Shown in pieces: positions 9,819 through 18,976 of a stretch of 36,651 nucleotides of DNA. Numbering within the stretch: the first letter of the stretch is position 1; the number at the start of each line of letters is the position of its first letter. Under the pieces are notes generated by a model. That model saw nothing but the letters and a program-made list of their open reading frames with translations. It was not told the origin of the DNA and made no database searches. The stretch is from Bacteroidales bacterium (GTDB taxonomy: Bacteria; Bacteroidota; Bacteroidia; Bacteroidales; UBA7960). The DNA is taken from NCBI GenBank assembly GCA_003451785.1, contig DMJL01000026.1, positions 1-36,651 of the forward strand, read 5' to 3'. The position numbers were made by a program, and so were the translations under genes.

Positions 9819-9858
9819 AAACCTACAACCTGAGTTTGTTGCATCAGGTTGTAGGTTT
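9819..9858. terminator. Perfect 15-bp stem hairpin between repeat copy A and the upstream intergenic region; likely terminator of the R-M operon
   Basis: aaacctacaacctga (9819-9833) and tcaggttgtaggttt (9844-9858) are exact reverse complements, with a 10-nt loop. It lies downstream of the methyltransferase stop on the minus strand. Confidence 0.5.
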
Positions 9859-9860
9859 AT

Positions 9861-9981
9861 CGTTTTGCGGCTTGGCGTAGTGGCAGATTTTTAGCACAAA
9901 AGTTCAATCGAAGAACAGCACTTGAACCTACCACAAAACTGTCATACGAAGCACTGCACCCGCCATTACGCCAAACCGCTG
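9861..9981 (-). repeat. Copy A of a ~121-nt structured dispersed repeat (inverted relative to copy B)
   Basis: The reverse complement of 9861-9981 aligns without gaps to 35932-36052 with 7 mismatches over 121 nt (hand alignment). It carries ~18-nt terminal inverted repeats. Confidence 0.85.
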
Positions 9982-11537
9982 TTACCTGCCGTTTTTCTTT
10001 TTGTCGTCCCATATTTTGTCTTTGGTTCACGAAAAATTTCAAGTTGTCCGTCAGCGTTTTTGTATGGTCGTTTCAAGTTATACTGTGCAACAATGTGTTC
10101 CGGTATCGGAAGTTTGTTGAGATTGCCCGGCTCAACTTTTATAGCTCCTGAACCGTAGCTTTTACCAACGAGTTTTAAATTCTCTAACGTGTCTGGATGA
10201 TTTAATGCTTTCCAAAGATTGTCAATATATTCTTGGTCGTTATAGATTGGGTAAACACAAAGAAAACCTGTCAATGGTAATACGCCTGCTTCGTTTTTTA
10301 TAAACCGTGTATTTCGTCTGCCGAGATAAGCAAACAACAATGGTGGAACTTTGCGTTGTTCCATTTTATACCAAGGCTTTCTTTGCTGAATTAGTGAACG
10401 TGAAGGAAGACCCATTTCTTCACCGACTTTCAAGTAGTCTTTTATTGACTTTGGGTAACTTTCTTGTCCGTTTATTGAGAGTAAAAAGGTCGGGCGGTTT
10501 TCTTTTTCCAATGCTTCAACATCTTTCAATGTCAAAATACTTTCTGTTGCATCTTTTGTTCTACCAACGGCACGTTTGAGAAATTCTTTGGGAATACCAA
10601 TGTCTTTAACTTGTTGTGCTGTCAAAAAGAAAAATTCATTTGAACCTGTCGCTATGCCTCTCATAACATTTGCAAAATCGTTCAAATGGAATTTAAACCC
10701 ATTATGATTTTGTTCAGGTCGAGATAAACCTGTTATGAGACCCTCCTTTAATTGACGAATAGTTATTTCTAAACTGTCAAACTCCTTTAATTTGAATTTA
10801 GAAGTTACAAGTTTCAATAAGTCGTCAGAGTATGCTTGATTAGCTTTAATCCATAGTAATGTTTTTTGCGGCTTACTTTTCATAATCATGAAAATAATTG
10901 CATTGGTATCAACATTTGGAAAGGGCGTAGCCCTTTCATCAAATGTAACTACACATTCAATGCAAAATTTTTCCGAAATCCATTTCCACAAGTTCTTGGC
11001 AAATTTCCCCTCACAAGTGTCTGCTGGCATTATGAAAGCAAGTTTTCCGTTTTGCTCTAAAAGATTTAATGCCTGAATTAGAAAATAAATGTGATACCCT
11101 GCTCTGCCGTCTATTGAATTTCCTGTTATTGATGTCGCAATTTTTTTGAGAAGTAATTTTGTTTCTTCATCAATTCTGTGATGCCTTATGTAAGGAGGAT
11201 TTGCAACGATTGCTTTGAATTTTCTATTAGGTGGGTTTTTAATAAAATCTCTATTCTCTACAAAGCATTTTTCTTTGTTGTAAATCTCATCTGATAAAAC
11301 TTCAGGGTCAATATCTGTCCCAAAAAAGGAAACATTTTGTTTGTTGATATTTAGTAATGCCTCATAAAATGCTCCTCTGCCTGTTGCAGGGTCAAAAATT
11401 AAGTCTGTGTTTTCTGACACGTAAGCAATCATTGCCTCCGCTACCCAACTCGGTGTCCAAAACTGACCTTTTTCACGAAGAATTTCTCTTTCGTTCCATT
11501 CGGTTGGTAGTTTCTGATGTGATTTTAGTTTCCCCAT
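9966..11537 (-). CDS. Type II N6-adenine DNA methyltransferase (gamma-class, Eco57I/TaqI-like) with C-terminal target-recognition region
   Basis: GQFWTP motif X, FDPATGRGAF motif I, and NPPY motif IV (VANPPYIRHH, nt 11190-11201). The ATG overlaps the upstream gene's stop in a TAATG. Confidence 0.85.
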   Translation of the reverse strand: MGKLKSHQKLPTEWNEREILREKGQFWTPSWVAEAMIAYVSENTDLIFDPATGRGAFYEALLNINKQNVSFFGTDIDPEVLSDEIYNKEKCFVENRDFIKNPPNRKFKAIVANPPYIRHHRIDEETKLLLKKIATSITGNSIDGRAGYHIYFLIQALNLLEQNGKLAFIMPADTCEGKFAKNLWKWISEKFCIECVVTFDERATPFPNVDTNAIIFMIMKSKPQKTLLWIKANQAYSDDLLKLVTSKFKLKEFDSLEITIRQLKEGLITGLSRPEQNHNGFKFHLNDFANVMRGIATGSNEFFFLTAQQVKDIGIPKEFLKRAVGRTKDATESILTLKDVEALEKENRPTFLLSINGQESYPKSIKDYLKVGEEMGLPSRSLIQQRKPWYKMEQRKVPPLLFAYLGRRNTRFIKNEAGVLPLTGFLCVYPIYNDQEYIDNLWKALNHPDTLENLKLVGKSYGSGAIKVEPGNLNKLPIPEHIVAQYNLKRPYKNADGQLEIFREPKTKYGTTKRKTAGNSGLA

Positions 11538-12541
11538 TAGAGTTGGTTTAATACGTTAATTGCTTGGTCAGCAATAGTTAAAGAACCTCCTTCAAATTTC
11601 ACATAGGGCAAAATGTGTCCGTTTTTATCCTCTATGAACGCAGGGATTAATTGAGGTCTTTCGCTTGCTATGCCAAGAGGATAGGCATAATGATAGTAAT
11701 ACTTATAAATGGCTTTTTTTGTTGTTGCACCACCTGGTGCTTGAAAAACTTGTTCAGTTGGGAGAATTAGTCCTTCTGAAACTAAGCGTTGTGCTTCATC
11801 AAAAGAAAGCCCATAAGCTCTGTCAAAGAAAACGTGCCAAACGTGAATTGGGATTTTGTTTTCATCTTGCCATTTATTAAGTGGAATACGGTCTTCCTCT
11901 TTTATAATTACAGTCGGTAGAACCGCAGTTTTTGCAAGTCCCATTTTACCGCCAAGTCGCTTTTGGGCTTTCATTTGGGTATTGTAGTCAGGCATTTTCT
12001 CTGCAACCCATAACGAGTTTTCGCATTCTACGGCAATGATTGCCTTTTGAACAAGGGGTTGTAATTTATCTTCCGTTATAAAAGGAAGTTCTTCTTCTCC
12101 ACCGATTTGATTTAAAAAGTCATCTACAAATTTTCTGTCAGAGTTTCTGAAAACTAATAGGTCGGGGCGTTTGATGTTGCCAAGTCCCGAAGCTTCTAAA
12201 CGTTCAAAGTATAATTCAAATGCTCTTACATCGTCTGTCGGTGCTGTGCCACTTGGACCGTATGCGATAGCATAAAATTTGCCTGTATTGTTAATTGCGT
12301 CTATTAAGCGTTTTTCACTCCATACACCTTGCGACCATCTCATTAAGAAGTCGCTTCCACGCAATTTTCTTGGATTGAGCCAAAAGTCTGCCCAAGTTAT
12401 TTCTGTAATACCCCTAAGTTCAAGTTCAATGTCCTCTGTTGAAACTGATAAAACTCTCTCAAATGGGTGCATTTCTGTTGTCATGTTTAAATTCCGAAAG
12501 TTGCTTTTTATTCTCTTTTTTTCGTTTATAAAAGTCTGCAT
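11537..12541 (-). CDS. Putative type II restriction endonuclease partner (PD-(D/E)XK-like)
   Basis: Translationally coupled to the methyltransferase through the TAATG overlap at 11537. Candidate nuclease motif RPD(129-130)...VECEN(174-178). The start is uncertain: GTG at 12550, ATG at 12541, or an internal ATG. The family (possibly AccI-like) is not verified. Confidence 0.55.
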   Translation of the reverse strand: MQTFINEKKRIKSNFRNLNMTTEMHPFERVLSVSTEDIELELRGITEITWADFWLNPRKLRGSDFLMRWSQGVWSEKRLIDAINNTGKFYAIAYGPSGTAPTDDVRAFELYFERLEASGLGNIKRPDLLVFRNSDRKFVDDFLNQIGGEEELPFITEDKLQPLVQKAIIAVECENSLWVAEKMPDYNTQMKAQKRLGGKMGLAKTAVLPTVIIKEEDRIPLNKWQDENKIPIHVWHVFFDRAYGLSFDEAQRLVSEGLILPTEQVFQAPGGATTKKAIYKYYYHYAYPLGIASERPQLIPAFIEDKNGHILPYVKFEGGSLTIADQAINVLNQL

Positions 12542-12607
12542 TTTATTCACAATCTTTCATAGGTGCACGGTCGTCCTAAAATGGCAGGTAACAATTTATA
12601 AAAAGTG

Positions 12608-13828
12608 CTATGTTCTAATTTTTGAGCCTTTCTGGGCAAAGAACACCAAGTAGGCATAGTAAATAAACAATGCGCCAACTGCAAGTATCACCGAACCGGT
12701 TGCTTTTTGAACCACGCCCATGATGGGTGTGAGAATGGCAGCACCAATCACCGAAGTTGCAATAATGCCCGATGCTATTTTGGCATGAGGACCAAGATCT
12801 TCGAGCGACAAGTTGTAAATAACCGGCCACATGATGGAATGAAACAAGCCTGTGGCAAGGAACAGCCAAATAGCCACAAGAGGCATTGTACTCGAAAGAA
12901 CAAATGACGCTGCTAACAATACAGCACCACCAATAGCACAGATGGTGAGAATAAGGGCAGGGGAGTATTTGCGAAGAATAAAAATACCCAACAAACGGCC
13001 AACCATTAGTCCGCCCCAATAGAACTTGAGCATATCTACTGCATTGATACCTTCTACACCCAGACTCCGCACAAAATCGGGAAAGAAACTGGAAATACCT
13101 ATCTCAATACCCATATACAGAAAAATGGCCAATGACCCCAACCAAACATGGGGATACTTGAAAGCACTCGACTTATAAGTCTTTGCTGCAACACCCTCCT
13201 TTTCTTCAGATTTGATTTCGGGCAATTTAAGGAAAAACATGATGAGCAAAATAACCAAAGTAATAGCCCCAATAGCAAAATATGGGCCCGAAACTATTTC
13301 CCTAATAGCTTTGTATGGAAGGGTTTCGCCTTCTGCCAAAGTAGGCGTAACTAAAAGGATTGAGACAAATACCGGAGCAATGGTGGTAGCCACCGAGTTG
13401 AGTGCATTGGTAAGGGTAAGTCGGCTTGCAGCTGTTTTGGGGTCGCCCAAGGCGTTTACATACGGGGCAGCAGCAACTTGCAATACAACAACTCCTACGG
13501 CAAAAACCGATACAGCACTCAGAAATCCGTAATACCCTCCAGAAATGGCCGGCACCGAGGCAAAGAAACCGGCTACAATAAGCGCAAGACCAGTCAAAAT
13601 GCCGTTTTTATATCCAATCTTGGTAAGCATAATGCCCACTGGAACCGACAAAATGTATGCTCCAAAAAAGAAGGTATTTGGCAACTGCCGTTGCACATCA
13701 TCAAGTCCAAATGCTTGTGTAAGAAAGCTTATGGTCGAATTGTTCATGGTGGTAATAAAGCCAAACAAGAAAAACAATGCGGCCATCACCACTAAAGGAA
13801 ACAAATACTTGTTTTGTTGATTATTCAT
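12608..13828 (-). CDS. MFS sugar:H+ symporter, FucP/GluP (glucose/galactose) family
   Basis: 406-aa protein with about 12 TM segments. The N-terminal FFLFGFITTMNNSTISFL...AFGL pattern is typical of the FucP/GluP family. It sits directly downstream of galM and galK. Confidence 0.8.
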   Translation of the reverse strand: MNNQQNKYLFPLVVMAALFFLFGFITTMNNSTISFLTQAFGLDDVQRQLPNTFFFGAYILSVPVGIMLTKIGYKNGILTGLALIVAGFFASVPAISGGYYGFLSAVSVFAVGVVVLQVAAAPYVNALGDPKTAASRLTLTNALNSVATTIAPVFVSILLVTPTLAEGETLPYKAIREIVSGPYFAIGAITLVILLIMFFLKLPEIKSEEKEGVAAKTYKSSAFKYPHVWLGSLAIFLYMGIEIGISSFFPDFVRSLGVEGINAVDMLKFYWGGLMVGRLLGIFILRKYSPALILTICAIGGAVLLAASFVLSSTMPLVAIWLFLATGLFHSIMWPVIYNLSLEDLGPHAKIASGIIATSVIGAAILTPIMGVVQKATGSVILAVGALFIYYAYLVFFAQKGSKIRT

Positions 13829-13847
13829 GCGATTAAGAATTTTGATG

Positions 13848-14915
13848 TTAAACTAAACCAGAGCTAAATTTATGGATGCTTTTTTGTATATAAACTTCCC
13901 CGGGCTTAAGTGCAGCCGAAGGGAAATGTGGTTGATTTACAGCATCGGGGAAATGCTGAGTTTCTAAGCAGAAAGCTTCGTGTTTGTTATAAACCCTTCC
14001 GAGTTTCCCTTTTTGGCTTTCTGTCCAATTAGATGAATAGAACTGCACCCCGGGTTGGGTAGTGTAGATTTTCATGGTTCGTCCCGATTTCGGGTCATGG
14101 GCAACAGCAGCAAGACCTAATTCTCCCAAGCCCTTGCGGAGCACCCAGTTGTGGTCGTACCCTGTGCCGTATTTCAACTGCCGGTAATCGGCAAAAAGAT
14201 CCCTTCCAATGTTTTTCATCTTTGCAAAATCCATGGGGGTAGCCTTCAGGCTGCAAATTTCTCCGGTGGGGATGGATGTTTCGTCAATAGGGGTGAAAAA
14301 GTCGGCATTTATCAAGAGAAGCTGGTCATAAACTTTTCCGGTGCCGTCGCCTGCAAGATTGAAGTAGGAATGGCTCGCAAGATTTATCAGGGTTGCTTTG
14401 CTTGTAGTGGCTTCATAATCAAGGATTAACTCATTTTCATCGTTCAGGGTGTAGGACACTTTCACCGTAAGGTCGCCGGGATACCCTTCCTCGCCGTCTG
14501 GAGAAAAATAAGTAAGCACTACTTGGCTTGATGATGCAGATTTTACATCCCATACAACCTTGTCGAATCCCTTGATACCTCCATGAAGATGGTTTGGACC
14601 ATTGTTTACGGCAAGTTGGTATTCCTCACCAGCGATGGAAAATTTGCCGCCTGCAATACGATTTGCACAACGCCCGCAAATAGCACCCATGTATGGACCA
14701 TTGTTTTTCACATAATCATCTATGCTGTCGAGGCCATGCACAATATCGGCAAACACGCCGTTGCTATCGGGCACAAAGATGCTCACTATGGTTGCACCAT
14801 AATTGGTAATCTGAGTTACAAGACCATTTTTGTTGCGAAGTGTATAAAGAGCAGTAGCCTTGCCATCAACGAAAGAGGCAAACCGTTTTTCATCTAAAAT
14901 TTCGTAAGGATTCAT
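13848..14915 (-). CDS. galM: Aldose 1-epimerase (galactose mutarotase)
   Basis: NGPNHLHGGIKGFDKVVW and HSYFNL motifs; 355 aa; galactose-locus context. Confidence 0.85.
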   Translation of the reverse strand: MNPYEILDEKRFASFVDGKATALYTLRNKNGLVTQITNYGATIVSIFVPDSNGVFADIVHGLDSIDDYVKNNGPYMGAICGRCANRIAGGKFSIAGEEYQLAVNNGPNHLHGGIKGFDKVVWDVKSASSSQVVLTYFSPDGEEGYPGDLTVKVSYTLNDENELILDYEATTSKATLINLASHSYFNLAGDGTGKVYDQLLLINADFFTPIDETSIPTGEICSLKATPMDFAKMKNIGRDLFADYRQLKYGTGYDHNWVLRKGLGELGLAAVAHDPKSGRTMKIYTTQPGVQFYSSNWTESQKGKLGRVYNKHEAFCLETQHFPDAVNQPHFPSAALKPGEVYIQKSIHKFSSGLV

Positions 14916-14940
14916 ATTTAAAAATGGAATTTTTAAAATT

Positions 14941-14948
14941 CAAAAATA
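14941..14948 (-). promoter_or_regulatory. Candidate Bacteroidota -7 promoter element (TAttTTTG) upstream of galM
   Basis: The plus strand reads caaaaata, which is TATTTTTG on the minus strand and matches TAnnTTTG, 26 nt upstream of the galM ATG. No well-spaced -33 TTTG was found. Confidence 0.3.
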
Positions 14949-15123
14949 CATTCAATTGTTTACATTGCCGACCAACAAACTTTGGGGCTTGTTCAAAATA
15001 GTGCCAAAAGCTGCCAAATTTAGGGGTAATTTGACCCATTCCCCGAAATCGCCGACTCCGGTAGGATAAAGCTCAATTGCTTCCAACTTCACAAATTGCA
15101 AACAACCATCAAAACATAGCTAT

Positions 15124-16407
15124 TTAAACCTCAACCCTAACTGCGCCTTGGTTTCTGATAAACAGAATGTGGCAAGCTCCTTTTCCGAACACGGGTTCTA
15201 ATGTTGCAACATATTTCTCCAAAAGGTGCTGTGGCACAAAAGCCTGAATGGTACCAGCAAATCCCCCACCATGCACCCGCCATGCGCCCTCTCCGTCTAA
15301 CACTAAATGGCTTAACGCCAACCCGAGAGCAACACCTTGATGGAAAACATCCACTATTGGAAAAATATTCTGGTTGTACATAAATGAACTATAGCCTGAC
15401 TCTATTACCATCTTGAGGAATGCGGCAAAATGGTATTGCTCAAGTGCTTCTACCTGTTGCACCACCCGTGCATTATCTCCTTGAAAGTGAATTGACCTCA
15501 GAATAGCTCTATCGCCAACCTTTTCGCGCAATGTGGGAATGGCCTGCAGCAACTTTTCCATAGTAACTTGACGAAGCACGGTAGCACCTAACCCAGCTGC
15601 AACCAACTTCATTTCGTTGGGAAGGGAAGCATATTCATCATTTAGGTTGGCATGGCTGCCTCCAGTATTGGTTATGACCAGCGCATAGCCGGATTTGGTA
15701 AAATCGAAATCCACCTTTTTTACGATGGGATCCTTGGGATTCTCAAAATCAATAGTAACAAGTCCACCTACCGAGCAAGCGGTTTGGTCCATCAGTCCGC
15801 AGGGCTTCCCGAAGAACTGATTTTCGGCATACTGCCCCACAATAGCAATCTCTATGGGGTCAATCTTTGCATCATTAAAGAGGTGGTTAACAATTGCGCC
15901 AATCAACACCTCGAAACAAGCTGAAGAACTCAACCCCGAACCGTTAGGCACTTCGCCATCAATACAGGCATCGAAGCCGCCAATGGCATGACCCAACTCC
16001 TTGAGTCGCGAGCAAATACCTCTTACCAATGCTAAAGATGTGTATTTCTCTTCTGGCACAGGTTGAAGCACTTTTAGGTCAACTTCAAATGGCTCGTAAC
16101 CTTCAGATGATATTCGCACCATGTTTAACCCATTGGGAGCTACAACTGCAATATTGTCTAAGTTAACGGCACCTGCCAGTACCCGCCCGTGGTTGTGGTC
16201 GGTATGATTGCCACCAATTTCGGTGCGTCCGGGACTGCTAAACAACATAGCCTCTTGGTGACCATATACATTACTAAACCTTTCCAAAAGCTTTTTATAA
16301 CGACCGGCCTGCCTTTTCTGCTCAATTGCATTGGAGCCATATAGATCGTGCATAACTTTGCTCTGGCCTTGCGATATTTTCTCAAGTAAAATGCTGACTT
16401 TTTCCAT
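15124..16407 (-). CDS. galK: Galactokinase (GHMP kinase family)
   Basis: SPGRTEIGGNHTDH galactokinase-signature variant and the GHMP motif PNGSGLSSSA; 427 aa. Confidence 0.8.
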   Translation of the reverse strand: MEKVSILLEKISQGQSKVMHDLYGSNAIEQKRQAGRYKKLLERFSNVYGHQEAMLFSSPGRTEIGGNHTDHNHGRVLAGAVNLDNIAVVAPNGLNMVRISSEGYEPFEVDLKVLQPVPEEKYTSLALVRGICSRLKELGHAIGGFDACIDGEVPNGSGLSSSACFEVLIGAIVNHLFNDAKIDPIEIAIVGQYAENQFFGKPCGLMDQTACSVGGLVTIDFENPKDPIVKKVDFDFTKSGYALVITNTGGSHANLNDEYASLPNEMKLVAAGLGATVLRQVTMEKLLQAIPTLREKVGDRAILRSIHFQGDNARVVQQVEALEQYHFAAFLKMVIESGYSSFMYNQNIFPIVDVFHQGVALGLALSHLVLDGEGAWRVHGGGFAGTIQAFVPQHLLEKYVATLEPVFGKGACHILFIRNQGAVRVEV

Positions 16408-16495
16408 AACCTAAATATTGTTTAAAAATTCATAAAATAATCCAATTTCGAACTGTGCCTTTTGCAAGTAAAACTGCAATCCAACAAAGGGGCTG

Positions 16496-18835
16496 CTATT
16501 CAACTTGCAAAGTGTAGATTGCTTCTTGCAAACCTTCGCCTTGGGCTTGTAAAGTAATTGTTCCGCCGCTACGCCCTATTCGCAGCAATACCGAAGCAAT
16601 ACCTGCCACAGCATTGGGCATATTGCCGCCAATAATTTCGGCATCGCCATCAACCAGAAATTCCACCGTGTTTGCGACCCCGAATACCGGATTTCCATCG
16701 GCATCGAGTATATGCGCATACACAAACAAGACATCGTTTGCCCATTTTTGAGGCGGCATGCCACTGTAATCAATTTCAAGGGTTAATTTGGCTGGCACTC
16801 CCGGAGTAGTTACCGAGTGGGTGGCTACCTCCTGCCCATTAATAAAACCTTTTGCTGTGATAGTTCCCGCTTTTGTGCTATTTACTGCAAATTCGAATGG
16901 CGGGTGCAACAGATTTTTAGAAAAGCTGGTGATGGTTGGCTTTTGGCGACCTTTAGAAACGCCATCCACAAAGAGTTCTACTTCGTCGGCATTGGAAAAA
17001 ACCCTTACCCCTCTCGACACACCAGGTTGCCAATGTGAGGCAATAAACAACACTGGTTTGGAGAATGGATTATCTTGCGAAAAGGTGCGTTGGCTTTTGT
17101 AAAACCACCAAGTGAATTTGGGCAGTCTGAATATATCCATTACACCTGAATGTACATGGTTGTGTCCCATGCCTCGATTGTAGTCGAACATCACCCAGAA
17201 GGCATCGGCAAAGGCATGGGTAGCGCGATTGTCGTTGTGTGCTTCCTGAATATTGAATGCTTGTTGCAAAAGCCTCTTTTCGCCGGCATCTCTGGCCTGA
17301 CGGCTATTTCGCTCGTAGGGTAGCAGGTTGCGCCATTCGTGCTGGGTCAATCCCGCATTTTGGGCATAATATTCCCAATCGCCATATTCGCTTACAAACA
17401 AGGGCAACTCCGGAAAAAGACCGTGCCTATGTTGGCGGGCTTCTAAGTAGATATCATACGGATGCCTTACCCAACCTGCAGTATAGCTGCCGGGATAAGG
17501 AAACTCCTCACGACCAATGGCATGGGCTTCTTCGGTAAACCAAACGGGCATATCCGTCTCATTGAGCGACAATTCCCAAGCTAGCACCGAAGCATGATTG
17601 CGGTCTCTGCGAATCAACTGCCTGCATTGCTCAAGTGCAAGTTGCGCAAATTTCTCATCTTCGCCAAAATACTGCCATCCCATAATGGCATTCAACACAA
17701 AAATCCCAAGTTCGTCGCAGGCATGCATAAATGCAGGCGACATAGGATAGTGCGATGCTCTCACTAAGTCGAACCCAGCATGTTTTATTTTATACGCATC
17801 GCGAAACTGGGCTGCGTCGCTCATGGCATATCCCACAAATGGATATTCTTGGTGCCTGTTTACGCCGCGCAGCACTATCTGCTCGCCATTGAGCCACATA
17901 CCTTCGTTGGTAATCCTTATCTCGCGAAGCCCAACCCTTGTTGCATATACATCCGAAAGCCTTCCATCGGCATATAGGCGGGTTTCAAGATTGTACAGAT
18001 TCGGATGGTTTGGAGACCAAAGTAGGGGGTTGGGCAGCACATGGTTTTGCACTATTTCGGCAGCATTGCCTGCTTCAAGCTCAAGTCGGTCAGACCTTAG
18101 CGTGGCAACCAAAACGCCTTCTCTATCAACCAGGCGATGTTCTACCCTAATAGTGGAGTTTTGCTCTGATGCATTTCGCACATGGGTTTTAATTTCGAAA
18201 GCAGCACTATCGGCATTGGCCGAAAGGTTGGCGAAAAACACGCCACCGCCTGCAACCACATTGGCGTAGTTGGGATGGGTGATATGCACCGGATTCTTGG
18301 CAATGAGCCAAGCGTTGCGATAGATGCCGCCAAACATATTGAAATCGAGAATTTCCAATGGCTTGGGGCCTGTTATGGGATTGTCGCGGTTGTCGAGTCT
18401 TACAAGAATGGTGTTTAGCTCATCAAAACGGGCTAATGGGGTAATGTTTACCAAAAATGGCAGCCAGCCGTTCATATTCGTAATCATCTTGGTATCGTTT
18501 ACCCAAACCTCGGCAACATTCATTGCGGCTTCAAACTTTATAAAAAGCTCCTTGCCCCTATGTTCTTCCTTTAGGCCAAATTCTTTCTTGTAAAAAGAAA
18601 TACCTTGCCATTGGTCAATGATTACCAGTGGCTCGATATGGGCTGTGTGGGGCAGGTCAACAGCTTCCCATTGGGCATCCGATGGGGGCAAATCGGGAGT
18701 ACCTTCGGCTCTGTAAAAAAGCCAATCGTGATTGAAGTTCTCGGGTTCTAGTACAGAAAGGTCAACCCGCCTACAAGAAAGCCAGCTCACCGAAAGACCA
18801 ATTGCTAATAGGGCGACAATGGTTTTGTTGTTCAT
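16496..18835 (-). CDS. Glycoside hydrolase family 2 protein (beta-galactosidase-like), secreted
   Basis: N-terminal signal/lipoprotein-like sequence (LSVSWLSC), NRHQEYPFVGYA, RASHYP, and WELSLNE (acid/base NE). The length and domain order are typical of GH2. Confidence 0.85.
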   Translation of the reverse strand: MNNKTIVALLAIGLSVSWLSCRRVDLSVLEPENFNHDWLFYRAEGTPDLPPSDAQWEAVDLPHTAHIEPLVIIDQWQGISFYKKEFGLKEEHRGKELFIKFEAAMNVAEVWVNDTKMITNMNGWLPFLVNITPLARFDELNTILVRLDNRDNPITGPKPLEILDFNMFGGIYRNAWLIAKNPVHITHPNYANVVAGGGVFFANLSANADSAAFEIKTHVRNASEQNSTIRVEHRLVDREGVLVATLRSDRLELEAGNAAEIVQNHVLPNPLLWSPNHPNLYNLETRLYADGRLSDVYATRVGLREIRITNEGMWLNGEQIVLRGVNRHQEYPFVGYAMSDAAQFRDAYKIKHAGFDLVRASHYPMSPAFMHACDELGIFVLNAIMGWQYFGEDEKFAQLALEQCRQLIRRDRNHASVLAWELSLNETDMPVWFTEEAHAIGREEFPYPGSYTAGWVRHPYDIYLEARQHRHGLFPELPLFVSEYGDWEYYAQNAGLTQHEWRNLLPYERNSRQARDAGEKRLLQQAFNIQEAHNDNRATHAFADAFWVMFDYNRGMGHNHVHSGVMDIFRLPKFTWWFYKSQRTFSQDNPFSKPVLFIASHWQPGVSRGVRVFSNADEVELFVDGVSKGRQKPTITSFSKNLLHPPFEFAVNSTKAGTITAKGFINGQEVATHSVTTPGVPAKLTLEIDYSGMPPQKWANDVLFVYAHILDADGNPVFGVANTVEFLVDGDAEIIGGNMPNAVAGIASVLLRIGRSGGTITLQAQGEGLQEAIYTLQVE

Positions 18836-18976
18836 AGCAACATTATTTGGTTTAGTAAATATACCACAATCAGCATTGTAAGACCTTATGGACAGTTCGA
18901 TGGTTTATTGCAAAGTGGCGAACGATTGTGATGATGAATTTTCGTAATAACAGCGCATACAATCCATTTTGGTATA

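Noticed and set aside
9857-10042. 61-aa minus-strand ORF (MKFFVNQRQNMGRQKEKRQVTAVWRNGGCSASYDSFVVG...)
   Set aside because: It lies almost entirely within repeat copy A and overlaps the methyltransferase 3' end in another frame. The second repeat copy is in non-coding context, so this is most likely a translation artefact of the repeat.
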